The notes below the pieces were generated by a model that ran no database searches, was not told the DNA's origin, and was given only the letters and a program-made list of their open reading frames with translations. From Vicugna vicugna (lineage: Eukaryota), in assembly GCA_013265495.1 (NCBI GenBank), contig MU057809.1:374001-438000 (forward strand): a DNA stretch of 64,000 nt. Direction: 5' to 3'. Each line of letters opens with the position of its first letter. Within the stretch, counting starts at the first letter, position 1. This document shows positions 1 to 13,160 of the stretch, piece after piece. Made by a program: the position numbers and the translations under genes.

Positions 1-2407
1 TGCCTGGCTCCCGGGAGGCGCGGTGAACCCTCAGCACATGGAGAATTTGGAAATGAAGAGACACAGGAGGAAGAAAATGAAAATGCGAAGCACTCGCTAC
101 TCTCCTGCCCGACAAAACCCACGGCTGACGTTTCTGAGTGTTTCTTTGTTGTTTCAAAAAGTCTGTGTGGAGGATGAGTGCAATACTCTGCTTTTATTCC
201 CATGCTTTCCACTTAACACTGTGGTGTGAGTCCTGCTCCTGGACCATAGAAAGGAGAATAACGTGCAATTCCGCGGTGCCACCGCCTGGGCTGCACCAAG
301 CCAGCAGGCCACTCTGTCACCGGGGATCTTGCCCCTCGATTTCAGAACCAAGCCCTCCTGGGGCATCACCAGGTGTGCGTCCTGCTCAGAGGCTTCCTTC
401 TCTGTGTAGGAAACAGCGTTAGGAAGACAAATTGCCTGAGCAATCTACTTGCTTTCCAGCCACACGGTGAGACTCGCCCGTGGGCAAGCCTGACCTCCAT
501 ACTCCCACTCGGCTCAGGTTATGCAGTGACACCGGGGTGTTCGCGGGAAGCTCCCCTTTCGCAGGGAGAGCCCTGGCTTGTGTCTGAGCTCCAGCGGCTT
601 TGACAGAGGCGTTTCCGAACAGCCCCTCGGCATGCCTGTCCCACCTGGTGACTGCGTGTGCGAGGGTCTTATGGCTCAACACAGCCGGAGAGGCCGCGGG
701 GACTTTGGGTGGGTCACCCCAGCTCAGCGGTGAGGCCCTTTCCACCAGGAGCCCCCCCACGGAAGCACAGAAGAGGCTGCCGTGGGAAGCCAGGCGGCGG
801 GCAGACAAGGGTGGCTGCTCCTTACAAGCTCTCCTGTGGCCGTTCATGCTTTTACCCTGTGAATGTGTCACTTTGAGTAAAAATATGCGCGAAGACGCCT
901 TCAACCCCGGCTAGGAGGCCTCAGGGGGCAAATCTCCTTAGTGGACAGCATTGTAGTGAGTCTCACGTCTCCTTCTCTTCTGGGCCAAAGAGGCGGGTCG
1001 GAGTACTTGCCCAGGGAAGCTGGTTCTGGTCCTGGGCCGCCTGGGCGGGGCTTCGGACACCCCCACCTGCCCACGGAGGGGCCTGCTCACGGGTGTCCCC
1101 CAGGGTCGAGGGGACCTCGGCCATGGTGCTCCCACGTCAAAGTGAATGGATCCGGAGGCAAGAAGGCTGAGTTAACGGGGATGGAGGGTTTAATTTAAGG
1201 CTTCCCGCAGAGTGCTTTCTCAGGCCCCAGGTGCTCCTGACACTTGCTGCCGGTGAGGGCGCAGACACTCCGGCGTCACCCCCGCCAGCCTCTGCCTGTA
1301 TCCACGTCACACCTTCCACACCTCAGTCTGCACGTCAACTTTAGTACATAGGTTTGTGAACTTTATTTCTGTCCAGCTAAAATGTGGCTTCTTGAAATAT
1401 ATTTTTTAAGTGCAGAAAGCTACATGCATATGAGATAGTAGCCTTTTCTGCTATAAAACTGTTCGATTTTTATACCGAGATGGAATAAAATACATTCATA
1501 GTTCTAGGTGTTCAGCAGTGTCACCTCGCCCTCAGAGGCTCTACCACATGCCCCGGGGACGGGGCGACGCCCTCCCTGGCTTGTGAAGCTTTGCCACAGC
1601 GGTTTAGGGGGTGAGCCTTTTGGAAAGGACTGGTTCTTCCCATAACGCTCGGAAGTGCATTTTGAGGGGGGTCACCTTTAGTCTCGGACGGGGCTGGGAG
1701 GGTGCCTCTGGCGGCCTGCGGCCCCTCCCCTTGGGCGTCCGGAGCTCTGAAAACCCAGCTGCATCTTTGACACCCTGGAGGCAGCCTGTCTAAGCTGGAA
1801 TTCCCAAGTTTCTTCCTGAAAGCTGCCCCTCCCCCTCTTGCCCTTCTCGGGAAAGGGCAGCCCGTCAGCCCACCTGCCCTGGCCAGCACCTAGGCGACCT
1901 CGGGTCTTCCTGCCGACCTCCAGCCCCATCGCCAGCGTGTCCTGGGGACAGCGCCCCACGTGGCGGCGGTTCTGCGCCTCTCACACCCTGGCCCAGCCCG
2001 CCCTCCTCTCACCCAAGCCTCCCACTGGACCCCCTGCTCGTAACTTTTCCCCATAGAACTCACCTTCACACAGCAGCCACCAAACCAGAACCTGTTTAAA
2101 GCTTCCTCGTGGCTTGTCTCAGTCAAGGTCTAACTCAACGGGCCTGACTTCAAGTGTGCACGACCAAGGGGCTTAAGGAGGGGGTTGTCTGCACAGGGGC
2201 GAGGCAGTCTGGAAGCAACCAGGTAACATCGCCGGAATCCATCCCCACCTCTAGGCCGGAGGGACAAGAGGGGAGCTGGGGGGCCCCGAGCACAGCCCAA
2301 ACTCCCTGCTGCGGCCACTGCAGCCCCAAGACCTAGGTCAGTGCCCTCAGCAAATGCTGGTCAGTGGGAGGGGTGGGCGGAGACGGGAGGGCGGGTGGAC
2401 GGATGGC

Positions 2408-2543
2408 GGGGAGGGCTTAGCTCAGGTGGCAGAGTGCACGCTTGGCATGCGTGAGGTCCTGGGTTCAACCCCCAGTACCTCCTCTAAGAATGAGTAAATA
2501 AATAGACCTAATTAACCCCCCCTACAAAAAAAGAAAGAAAAAG
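2408..2543 (+). mobile_element. tRNA-derived SINE, Vic-1-like (camelid)
   Basis: A box TAGCTCAGGTGG, B box GGTTCAACCC, body TAAATAGACCTAATTAACCCCCC, A-rich tail. Confidence 0.85.
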
Positions 2544-2547
2544 CTTA

Positions 2548-2626
2548 GATGGATGGATGGACAGACGGATATATGGATGGAGAGAGGGAGGGAGGGAGGG
2601 CAGGATGGGTGGATGAGTGAGTGAGT
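2548..2626. repeat. Degenerate (GGAT)n/(GGGA)n simple repeat
   Basis: GATGGATGGATGGACAG...GGGAGGGAGGGAGGG next to the SINE tail. Confidence 0.8.
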
Positions 2627-4888
2627 CAGCTTTCCCACCTGGCACCTCCCTTCCAGACACCCACACCCATTCAGAAGGCCTGGCGGTGGGGCGGCAGCAG
2701 CATGGCGCTTGCCCCAGGTGGTGGCCCTCAGCCACGGGACCTCTGCCCCGGGATGTGCCGCCTCCTTGTCAGAGCCTGGCCTCTGGCGTCGGACGTGCTG
2801 GCTCTGAGTCCCTACCCTGTCACTGCCTCGCTGAGCGAGCTTGGTTCGCTCCTGTCCCCTCGTTAGTGATACCGGTGCCTGCTTCACAGGGCTGGGGAGA
2901 GGTCCCCGAGGCGTCCATCTCAGGGCTGGGTGGCAGGCCTGGGCGGCAGGCCTGGGCGTCCCTGGGGGGCCAGTGTCCAGTGTCTGCGTGGTGCCAGGAT
3001 GCAGGCGTGGCCGAACTGTAAGCTGGACAGGGTCGGCTTGTGCCCTGGGGCGCCGGCTCCCCAGACGACACCTCGTGGGTGCACGTCACCTGCCTCAGGA
3101 CACTGGCTCTGCGGGGCTGTGTCGGCTGCTTCAGAGCTGGGGCCACGGGGTGGCACTGTTCGCTAGCCGTCGGCCCCAGCTTCCGCGGCTCTGCCTGGGC
3201 GCAGGCCCTCCTCTGCCCCGTGTGCCGGTGCTGACAGGGGTCCGCATGGAGTTTTAAACGTACAAATCACGTTGCTGGGGGCTGGCTGCGTGACTTGGAG
3301 ATTTCTTCCAGGAACTGGATTGGACGTGTTAGAGATCATTTTGAAATCTTTTATCTGGATGGTTTCACGGAGCTGTGTTTTGGAAAAGCAGAGACACCAC
3401 AAGACCAAAGAGACCTGGCGGGGCTCGCTCTCGGGTGTGGCTGGTTCTGCAGGAGGAGCGGCGCCCTCCCTGCAGAGGTGGTGGCACGCGCATCCCTGGG
3501 CCGCCTGCATGCCGGGCCCCCTCGTCACTGGCCAGCCCTGCAGACGAGGGGTCGGGGCACGTCGATCCCGGAGACCAGGAGATCGGGGTGAGGTGCTCGG
3601 CCTCAGTACGTGGTCTTCACGTGAAATACGTTCGGGGAAGAAATGTACCTGACTGGGGGATCGTTTACGCCTGTGTAACAACAATTCCTTCCTTTAGTCA
3701 AACATTCAACGACGCCTCTCCCGAGCTCACAGCGTGATCTGACGGTGAAGGGCCTGGTGCTGCACCCATGGCGTCCGTCCAGGAAGAAGGAAGAGCCAGA
3801 GCCCGAGCCCCTCCCGGGGTTGGCCCCCAGCCTGCCTGCCACTTCACAGGCTCGGCCACCCTGACGGTCGCGTTGCCCGGAGGGAATGTTCCTTCCCTGC
3901 CCTGCCCACGGCCCCCGCCCCGACTTCACAGCCGATCCACGACCCAGCGTCGTGTCTGGTCACTACGCTCCACGTGCCGTTGGGGGACTGGACTGGGATT
4001 GGCACCCCTCGGCCCACCTTGTGCCCAGGCTGCTCCTCCGGGGCTGGAAGCCAGGGAAGGGGACAGTGGGGGGCCACCCCACAGCTTCCAGAGTGCTTCC
4101 ACATCCAGGGCTCAGAAGCCGCTCTCTCCTGCCACCTCCCCCACCTCCAGCCCGGAGCCCGGTGCCTCGAGACTCCGCGTGGACGCCACCCTGGCCACAC
4201 CTGCGTCAGACGGACGCTCACCTCAGCCAGGCTGCACCTGCCACGGCCCTGCTTCTGGATCGGAACACCCTGTTTAAATTGTCTTCGCACTTTGTGCTAT
4301 TCGATGTTGTCCTGCCCTAAAATGTAAGTTCAGTGTGATCAGAAACAGCACCCTTTTCCTCCAGCAAGTAGAAAGCTTTAACTTCACTATGAAACCAGCG
4401 GTTCACAGATCGGTCGATGAACAAGTTAGGGAAGCCCTCCCGCCTGCACAGAGGAGCAGGGACACGAGAGGCACGGCGGGAACTCCCGCACGCACCTGAA
4501 TTCCTTTCAAGATTTACACATAATAATATGTACAGTAAACAGCTTGATCGTTTCTGCAGTCTTAGGTCTGTGGCCAGTTTGGACGGAGCTAGAAATCCCA
4601 AACTTTCTTATAAAAATCTCACCAAAAGAGACAGGATGTCTGATACCCGTGAGCTGGGCACCGGGTTGGCACGGCCGAGCTCGCCGGCGGCCCCCTGGCC
4701 GGACCCCTCGGTGTTATGAGGCTGCGGCATCTCTCTGGACACCCTGCAGCTCAGTGCCTGGTTCCGGGAGGGCAGGGCTGGGCTTCCCGAGTGTCAGGAA
4801 TGCACTTTGGTAGAATGACTTCCAACCCAAACTCCAGCACTGACTGGGGACGTAAAATGAGCACAGAGATCCCTGCCGTGGGGGTTAC

Positions 4889-4907
4889 GGCCACCAGGAG
4901 GCGCTCA
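4889..4907 (+). promoter_or_regulatory. Candidate CTCF site
   Basis: GGCCACCAGGAGGCGCT closely matches CCACCAGGGGGCGC. Confidence 0.4.
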
Positions 4908-5056
4908 CGGGGCAGCAGCAGCTTCCAGGGCATGAGACATAAGACGGCGGCTGCTGAGGCTGGACCCCGGCTGGCGGCTTTGATCCGCAGACTCAGGGAC
5001 GTGTTGACATTTTACAAGGGAAAGTCATATTTAAAGGTGAGGTTTGGGACAAGGGG

Positions 5057-5184
5057 CTTCCTTCCTTCCTTCCTTCCTTCCTTTCTTCCTTCCTTCCTTC
5101 CTAGTAGGGGTCCTGGGGATTGAACCCAGAACCCCATGCGTGCTGAGCACACGCCCCACCGCTGAGCTCCACACCCCGAGCCCC
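5057..5184 (-). mobile_element. tRNA-derived SINE, Vic-1-like, with (GGAA)n tail
   Basis: Reverse complement GAGCTCAGCGG...CTGGGTTCAATCCCCAG; (CCTT)n at 5057-5102 on +. Confidence 0.8.
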
Positions 5185-6702
5185 AGGCTTTTCTTCTAAA
5201 TTCCCCGCCCACCAAAACCGCCTGCCTTGAAGTTCCCAGAAGCAGCTCCCCTCCCAGGTTTCCAACCCCTCGTTGTCTCCCGCCAAGGGGCGGCCTCTGC
5301 GTCCGCCCACGGGAGGCGGGCGCGGCCCTCGCTGCCTCCTCCTTGGCCGGGAGCCCCGGGAAAGCGTGCGCGAGGCCGAGGCTGGCAGTGCTCCCGCGGA
5401 ACTCCCGGGGGGAAGCCTTTCTCCCTCCTGGTGTTTTGGGTTGTTGTCGTCACTGTGTTGGATGCACGTGGAAGCAATTAAGGCAAATGCGGAGCAGGCC
5501 TCTTCCCCGGGCTCCGACCTGCAGTCCCCCTCCCAGGGAGGCGCCCCCGATACACCCTCCCCTCCAGCTCTGCTGCCTTTTGAAGGTTGGTTTTTAACGC
5601 CACCAACAGAAAACAAGCGCTTCTGAGCAAAGATGCACCAGTGGGTTTGCAGCGGCTCCTGGCAGGCACGACGTTTGCCACCTCCCATCCCGAGACTGCC
5701 GTGGACGGCGGGCTGACTGCCCTGTCAGGTGTCTTCACAGGGGCCAGAGCCGGACACGGGAGGCCGTGGGGAGCACAGGTCGTGACGCCATCTGCGGTGG
5801 CTCCTCTGCGTCTCTGTCACAGAGGCTGTGGCCGCCCACGCGTGTGGCCTGCGGACTCCCCACGCCCTCTCGGCCACAGGGGGCCTGGCCTTTCCCGTCG
5901 GGGTGACGTGTGCAGGTGGTGCTGGTGAGCAGGAGCTGGGGCCGGACGCTGACAGACGCTTCTCTCCTTTCCCCCAGACAGCCAGGGCAGCATCGGGCAA
6001 AATGCAGTTACATCGGAAGGCCCCTGTTTTCTTACTCTTAGTCCTCAGTCCTGACGAGAGGAGGACCCGCATGGATGCGGGGGTGTGGAACAGCACGAAC
6101 AGACTTCACGCTGCGCGCCGGTCCAGTAACACTCCTTCGTTTACTGACAGTCGACGTGATGAGCCACTGAACACGGTCACTTAACATGTGGACGTGTAAA
6201 TCAGAGGTGTTTGTGCAGAAGGGTGGACGTTGGTTACCCAACGGACAGGAGCCAGAGTCTGTGCACCCGAAGGGGCGGCAATTCACTCTCCCCAAGATTT
6301 GAAGGCCTGCTGTTCAGACTCAGGGGCTGGGGGCCCTGAAACGTGAGTGACGCAGGGAAAGCCCGGCCAAGGCCGGATTTGAGCGACGTGACTCAGTTCT
6401 TTCTGATGCCACGGAATGAGGGAAGGGGCCACGGACGAAATGTGGTCAGCGGTTTAGGCTGACTGAATGTCAACGGATTCACTTTAACATTCGGACCTGT
6501 CAAGTCATTGGCTCTGAATCCCTCAATAATGAACGTAAAAGTGAACAGGGCATCAGACTGGCCAGAGGCCTGGCAGAGGGGGGTGCGCCCGCCTGGAGCG
6601 GGGACTCTGCTCTTTCTGCTTTAGACGCCAGCCTTCGCGGCCAGGGTGGCTGGACAAATGGTCCCGAGACAACACGTGCCCAACTTGGCAGCCGCTGGGA
6701 GC

Positions 6703-6749
6703 TGTGTGTGCACATGCGTGTGTGCGTGTGCGCGTGTGCGTGTATGTGC
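6703..6749. repeat. Alternating purine/pyrimidine (TG/CG)n tract
   Basis: 47 bp of unbroken R/Y alternation. Confidence 0.85.
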
Positions 6750-7739
6750 CCGTGACATCTGTGGCTGGGCACGCCAGAGAGCCGAGCAGCTCCCCTCCGA
6801 ATGATTCAACAGGAGGAGGGAAGCTGCTTGCAGGCGGGAGCAGGCCGTGTTTCTGGGCTGTGTGACAAGCTCCATGCTTACTTCTACAAGCCCAGAAGCA
6901 ACGAGCGCCACCCCAACCTCCTGGGGCTCGCCGGGCCGGCTGGGCTGGGCGGGAGCCCTGGGCTCCGGGCCCTCAGGCCTGTGCTCACCACTGAAAGGGT
7001 GACTTGCAGCATCAGGAACAGAAGAGCAGAGGAGCGGAAGCAGTCGGCGGTGCGCGCTGATGTAAGGAAATAAGATGGTCCGCGACGCTGGACGGTACCT
7101 CCTCTCAGACACGCCCACAGGCGTCAGTGTCACCTGAACACGTGGAGGAGACTCACAGGAGTGCGCAGCGTTAGCTGACCTGGATTCAGGGCTGCACGGA
7201 AAGCAAGAATCCAGCCACTGGGACGAGGATATTCTCAACGTCTTTCTCCGGCTGAAAACAAGCCCTGCCGTGGCCCCCCGGGGCAGCGGCTCCCCGACGC
7301 CGGCCCGCCCACCCCACCGGCACTGCGGCTGCTACCCCTTCAGATCGCCTGCTCGGCTGCCCTCTACGGCGTGACTACGTTCCGCAAACCAGTCACTCCT
7401 CGGCGTAAATGAACTCGTCCAAAATGAGACTGAACGTCACCGTTATGAGCTTGTACTTCAGTCTTTTAGGAGCACTCCTTTCCCAACACGAGTGTTTGCA
7501 TCAACAAAGTCTGAAGTTAATCAGAATCTTTGCTGCTGCCCGGGCTGAGCCGGGACCCAAGACGCTTCCCCTGCCGCGAGGGCGGCGCCTGTGTGCCGTG
7601 TTACCGCCACCCAGAATCTGTTTTCACCTTGCTCCGAAACCCCCAGATCAGCCCTTTGCGTTGTGACATGTCGTGCAGTTTATCGTGGCTTGCTCATGTC
7701 TACCTTTTCCAGAGACGTTCACTGACGCGTCCTGCAGGC

Positions 7740-8300
7740 CATTTCTTCCTCCCGGCATTTCCCCATTTCTTCAGGAGTTCTGCCGGCCGGGGTCTGCTCG
7801 AACCTGTCTGTATGTCGTTCCTTCACCTAAAGTTGGGGAGCGAGGAGCGAAGGCCCTGCTTTGAAGTCTGCGCTCTCGGCGTTTTGAAGACATCATTCCA
7901 TCGTACCTTCGAGTCTACCTTGCCATTGAGAAGTCCGCTGTCACCGTCACCCGTCGGCAGGGAACCCGGGTTCTCCTCGCTGACACCTTGCAGGATCGTC
8001 TCTCTGTCTTTGGTGCCTTGTGAGTCTTCACTGTAACGTGTTTAGACACGGACTTCTTTTCATGCATCGCGCTTGAGACCCGGTCTCCTGAATCGAAGAA
8101 GCTGCCGAGCCTTCCATCACATCTGTGGAAGTCCCGGGCGTCAGCCCCGCCCGTCGCCTCTGCCCACTTCTCCGTTCTCTCCGGGGACGGCCGTTGGATG
8201 GGGGGGTCACCTCGGGGGCCTCCGTGTCTGTCACCTTTTTCATACTGTCCTACTGTCCGCCTCTCAGTCCCTCTGTCCTTCCCGTATCCTCTGTGTCTCC
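7740..8300 (-). mobile_element. Ancient L1 internal fragment (L1ME/M5-like), approximate limits
   Basis: TTTGAAGACATCATTCCA...TTGAGAAGTCCGCTGTCA...TCTCTCTGTCTTTGGT resemble old antisense L1. Confidence 0.45.
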
Positions 8301-10529
8301 ACTTGGGTTCCACACACAGGTATCCCTGGAACCTTATTTTTATTCCTAATTCCCTTTATTCCTTTTTTGCTCCCAAATTATAGCACCTGGAACGATGCCT
8401 CACTCTATAGAGGTGCAGTAAACGTCACTGATTGGACTTCATTTTAGGAAACATCAGGAACAAACACCCAGAATTCCACTAAAAAAACGCTTCCCCCGAG
8501 AACCTCATGAAACAGACGGGGTCACGTTTATAGACTTCGCTCCTGGGCTTCCTGTGCGTCTAGCTGGCCGCAGCCCGATCTCTTCCAGGCCTGCCCTGAT
8601 TTATTTTTGGTCCCACGCACATGAGCCAGCGCTTGTTTTGATAACCAAGCTACAGCCTCCACACTTTGACAGACGAGTCATTGCCCGGCTCCCCGGTGCT
8701 CACCAGCGTCCACTCCTGCAGGAAGGGGGCCTTGCTGCCCGCGGGCTCCGGTCTGTTCTCTGTAATCAGTTATCTCAGCAGCTGAGCTCTCAGTGTGACT
8801 GTCCCTCCAAAGAGAAAAGCACACAAGGGTGGGGTGTGAATGCCTTTGCTAAACTCCAAGATTCCCCATGAAGGGAGGGCGGGGTGTCTGCTGCCGGCGC
8901 ACATCGGCAGAGAAGCAGGAGACCCGCGATGGAACTGCTGCCTCACCAGTCGGAGGCCCCTCCTGCTGCCGTCCGGAGGCCCTCGTCCGCTGGCCTGGAG
9001 GGGCTTCTGTCCTGCAGTGTGGGAACACTTCTGGGGCTGCAGGAGCCTCCCGGAGCAACGTTCCCACGGAAATCTCCCCCTTCTGCTGGGCTCGGATTTC
9101 CAGGGACCCTGGGCACCTCTCATTTGCAGATGGTCTAATTAGGCAACACCCTGGCTTCCAAAGCACTGGGAGCATCAGCTCAGAGCCTCCCAGCCCTGCA
9201 CCCTGAGGGATCCGGCCCGAGTAGAGGACAACGGCCAGGGCAGGGCGCGAGAGGGCGAGAACCGAGCCGCTGTTTCCAGACAGACGTTGGTTTGCCCCAG
9301 GCTTTGTCCACCCAAGGCAACGACCCCACGGTGCTTCTCGGGTCACCCTGAGGCTGGGGAGCCCAGGGGAGGGGCAGAGGGAACCCTCGCCGGCCAGCCG
9401 GCCGCCAGATCCAAGTCCAAACACCTGGGCACCAGATGCGCCTGACTCGTGAGGCCCTGCTGACCAGCGGCTGCACTCTGCCCGAAGCTGCTCGGCTGGG
9501 CCGGCCCAGCACCTTCCTGCTGTCCTCCCTCCTCTCTGCGTCCAGGGCGGGCAGCTGTGGCTGGACATCAGCCTGGGACGTCCAGCACCGGAACTTGGCA
9601 CTCACTTAGCTGACTCGTGCCCGGCTGTCTTTGCTAAAGTTCACCGGACAGGGACGCCGCTGCTGAGGACACTCGGATGGTGGCCCGCGGCTGACCCCCG
9701 TGGCCAGGCAGAGGTGAAACCCGACGCCCCGGGCCGACCACACTGCTCTAACCGATGGCCACGTTCCGGAAAGTTGGGAATGCCGTGGTAGCCCCCATGT
9801 GGTCGTAACTCCCGAGGCCAGGACGGCACAGAAAGCGAGAGCCGCCTCAGACCTGCTTCTGGCTTGTCAAGCGCCTGCCTCCCTCCCAGTGGGAGGGCTC
9901 GCGGGACGGTCCTGCCCCCTTCCGCCAGGGTCTGGGCCTGACTGTCTCCCTCTCGGGGGACGAGGCTGGGAGGGCAGGCGCGCTGGGCTCAACCCCGGCC
10001 CCCCGCCCCTGCTAGCTCTGGCGTGTTACCTGATCTCTACCTGTGAAAGGGAGGGACGGTGGAAGCCACCTGTGCAGGGTGCGGGGAGGAGTGAGAGCAG
10101 GGCCCAGCGGGGGGCCGGATGCGGGGGCTCAGCACAGGCAGGCGTGCCCCTCGGCTGTCCCTTTGGAGGCGACTGCTGGGTTTTTCTTTCCGGGTAAAGG
10201 GCTGGAAGATTTTAACACATTCAGTTCAAAATGAAGCAAGTTTAGGGAAAAAAATGGATGTGACGGACAGTGATCTCCAATCTCTGCCAGGAACACATCC
10301 TGGGAGGGCCTGACGCCCCTTCTGGGACCCACACGCCAGCGCCTCAGGAGATATGGAGCCACACAAAGAGCTGCAGAGAGTCTCCCGCCTCTCTTCCCTG
10401 CAGCCCCGTGGGGCGAGCAGTTCCTGCCGGGAGAGGTGGCCGTGCTCCCTGTCACCACCCTGCACCTCCCGCCTCCGCCTGCCTGCCTGGGGTGGGGAGG
10501 AGGGAATCCACTAGTCAAAGCTCGAAGGG

Positions 10530-11040
10530 TGGAAAGTCCAACGTAGGGAGACCGCGTGACCCCGCAAGCCCCCTCCCAGGCCTACACCCCAGAGTCAAAC
10601 ACAAGGACTCGAACACACGCGTGCTCACACATGTTCCCCGCAGCTCTGCGCACAACTGTCCCCCCACAGATGACGGATGAGTGGGCCGTGCTGTGCACAC
10701 GCTGGACAGTGACTCAGGCGTGGGAAGGAGCAGTGCAACAACACAGGCCACGAGCTGGGCAAACCCCGAAAACACGGTGCTCAGTGAGGGCCCCGGCACG
10801 CGTCTACGTGAGCCGCCCAGAAGGCGCCAACCAGAGACAGAAGGAAGGTCAGCGGGGGCCGGGGGCTGGGAGAGGGGAGACGGAGGGAGGCCGCGAAGGG
10901 GCCCGGTTCCCGGGGCGGGGGGCGTCCTGGGGGAGGTGGTGGCGCCAGTGCTGCGTGTGCACTGAGGGGCTCACGTTCACCTTACAAAACACCACTTCAC
11001 GGAGCTATACAACCGCCCCCCAAACAAAACCAAAAACCCC
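10530..11040 (+). mobile_element. Old L1 (L1M-type) 3' fragment, heavily GC-shifted
   Basis: Colinear with remembered L1MB-type consensus (e.g. GTGACCCCGCAAGCCCCCTCCCAGG; AACCCCGAAAACACGGTGCTCAGTGA) and with the copy at 16770-17000. Confidence 0.65.
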
Positions 11041-12790
11041 GAGTAAACCCGTGCGTGTTTCTGTCCGAGAATCCGCGCGGAGCCGAGCGGGCCTTCGCCT
11101 GAGCCGTTCCCAGGGGCAGACGCCCCACCTCGCGACGGCCCTCGCCTGCAGACTTCGTGCCAGCCTGGGCGTGTTTCTGGAGAGCTCTCGTGCTGCACTG
11201 CTCCTTTTTCTGATTTGGCTTGTTTCACATTTGAAGTAGCTTGGGATCAGCACTAATATTTTTTGCTTTAGAAAAGTAGTAAAAATTAATTAATCTACCA
11301 TGGTACTGATAGCAAAAGTTAATAGGAATTTTAATAAAAATACAGCCTCAGTGAGCTTCCTATTGTTCTAATAAACGCAGTAGTAGTTTAGAATCGTAGA
11401 TAAAAAGAAATTAATACAGCAGTGGAGGCTCGGGACCGCAAAGCTCAGATAAAGGGACACAGCCCCCCCAGCCACCCCGCGGGTCGCGCACACCACGCCT
11501 TGGAAACGGTCTCCGCTGTGAAGGGGTGTGTCTTGTTTGGCGGCTTGTTTTTAACCATTCAGGTATTTTTATCCAATACCAGAAGGGCTCGGAGACAACG
11601 CAGCAGCCCAGCGTCCCAGACGCAGCGACACGCTCACAGGGGACCTCGGTGGGGAGAGGCCTCTCAGAAAAGCCAGAGGCACCCGGCTGTGGGGCGGGGA
11701 GCGGGGCTTGCGCGTCCGGGAGGCCCGAGCCCCCTCTGGGCTGCTCCCAGAAGTAAATGCCGCTTATCTGGTCCGATCTTCTCCCCAGCTCCGTGACAGA
11801 GACTCAGGGGACGGAGGGACCCCCAATCTTCATCTTCAGGGCCAGGGAGTCTCAGCACGTCTCTCCTGGGGCCTGGCGGGGGCCTCACGCCAGCCCGGCT
11901 CCCCAGGTGGGCAGAGAGGCTGCGGGCGTGACGGCCGATCACGCACAAGGTCACTTCTTGGGGAAACCCTTGCTGCGCTTTAAACAAGCGTGTGTCGGAG
12001 CCCAGAGGTTCCAAGAACGACCTGCCGATTCGGAGTGTCTCCACTGGCCTGGCCTCGGGGTGGAAGATCAAACGCGAATGACTTTGGTCAGGTAGCATTT
12101 TATTAAAAGGTGAGGGAGGCGTGGAAACGAAAGTCACAGAGAAGGGAAACACATTTCTGGCTGGCTTCCATTGAGCCAGCTTTCTTCACTAAACAGCAGG
12201 GCCAGAATTTAAACAGCTGTAAGCGTTGCCACGAAGCGGTGTGCGCGGTGCTGAGAACAGCGGAGCGGGAGGGGAAGCGTGGCGGTGGAGCCACGGCAGG
12301 GCTACACGTGGCCACGCCGAGGCCAGGGGGCGCTCTCGGCTGTAACGCGGCCCCCAGCCCTGCCCGCTCGTGCCCCTCCAGCAGCCAGCGACCAAGGGGA
12401 TGGACAGGGCTGCCCTCTGAGCCCCAGCACGTCCCTGCTTCCTTCACATGAGAGCCCCAGGCCCCTCCTGGGCTGTCTTTGCTGCCTCCCCAGAGTGAGG
12501 GCCAAGACCCGGCCAGAAATAAAAGAAAGTCTCCTTCAGAAGTAAGCACACTGGGGTGAGAGCGATGGGATGGGCCAGGGACCCTCCAGAGCTGCTCATA
12601 CTGCTCAGGCTCTGAGACCCTGTCCCTGGAGGAGAGCCCCTCTGAGCGAGAGGAGCAGGGAAGCCCGAGGAATCTTTTAAACATTATGAAAAATTTCCAC
12701 CGTGAACCGAAGTGGAGAGACAGCAGCGTGAGCCCCCGCGCACCTGTCGCCAGGGTGCTCACCCCTCCACTACTACTGCGTTTCCATTGC

Positions 12791-12873
12791 TTTTTAATGG
12801 CGGTGCTGGGGGTTGAACCCAGGGCCTCGCACGTGCTAAGCACACGCTCGACCACTAGCGGCGCCATACGCCC
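12791..12873 (-). mobile_element. tRNA-derived SINE, Vic-1-like, diverged
   Basis: Reverse complement AGTGGTCGAGCGTGTGCTTAGCACGTGCGAGGCCCTGGGTTCAACCCCCAGCACC. Confidence 0.8.
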
Positions 12874-12879
12874 TACTTT

Positions 12880-13160
12880 GAACACACACAGCATGAAACT
12901 TCCCATTCTGGTCATTTCTAAGTGCACAGCTCAGCGGTATTAGTCACATTCACACTGCTGGGCACCCATCACCCCAAACTGGGACTCTGGCCCTGCTACA
13001 CGCTGACTCCCCCCCGCCCCGAGCCCCGGCCCCCGCCCTCTGCTGCCTGTGTCTGTGCTCCTGGCTCCGCCCGGGACTCACAGGAGTGGGATCACACGGT
13101 GTCTGTCCTCCTGTGTCAGGCGTATCTCACTGAGCACCGTGTCCTCAAGGTTCATCCACG
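12880..13160 (-). mobile_element. Old L1 (L1M-type) 3' fragment
   Basis: AAGTGCACAGCTCAGCGGTATTAGTCACATTCACA ... TCACTGAGCACCGTGTCCTCAAGGTTCATCCA resemble antisense L1MA/MB 3' end. Confidence 0.7.
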
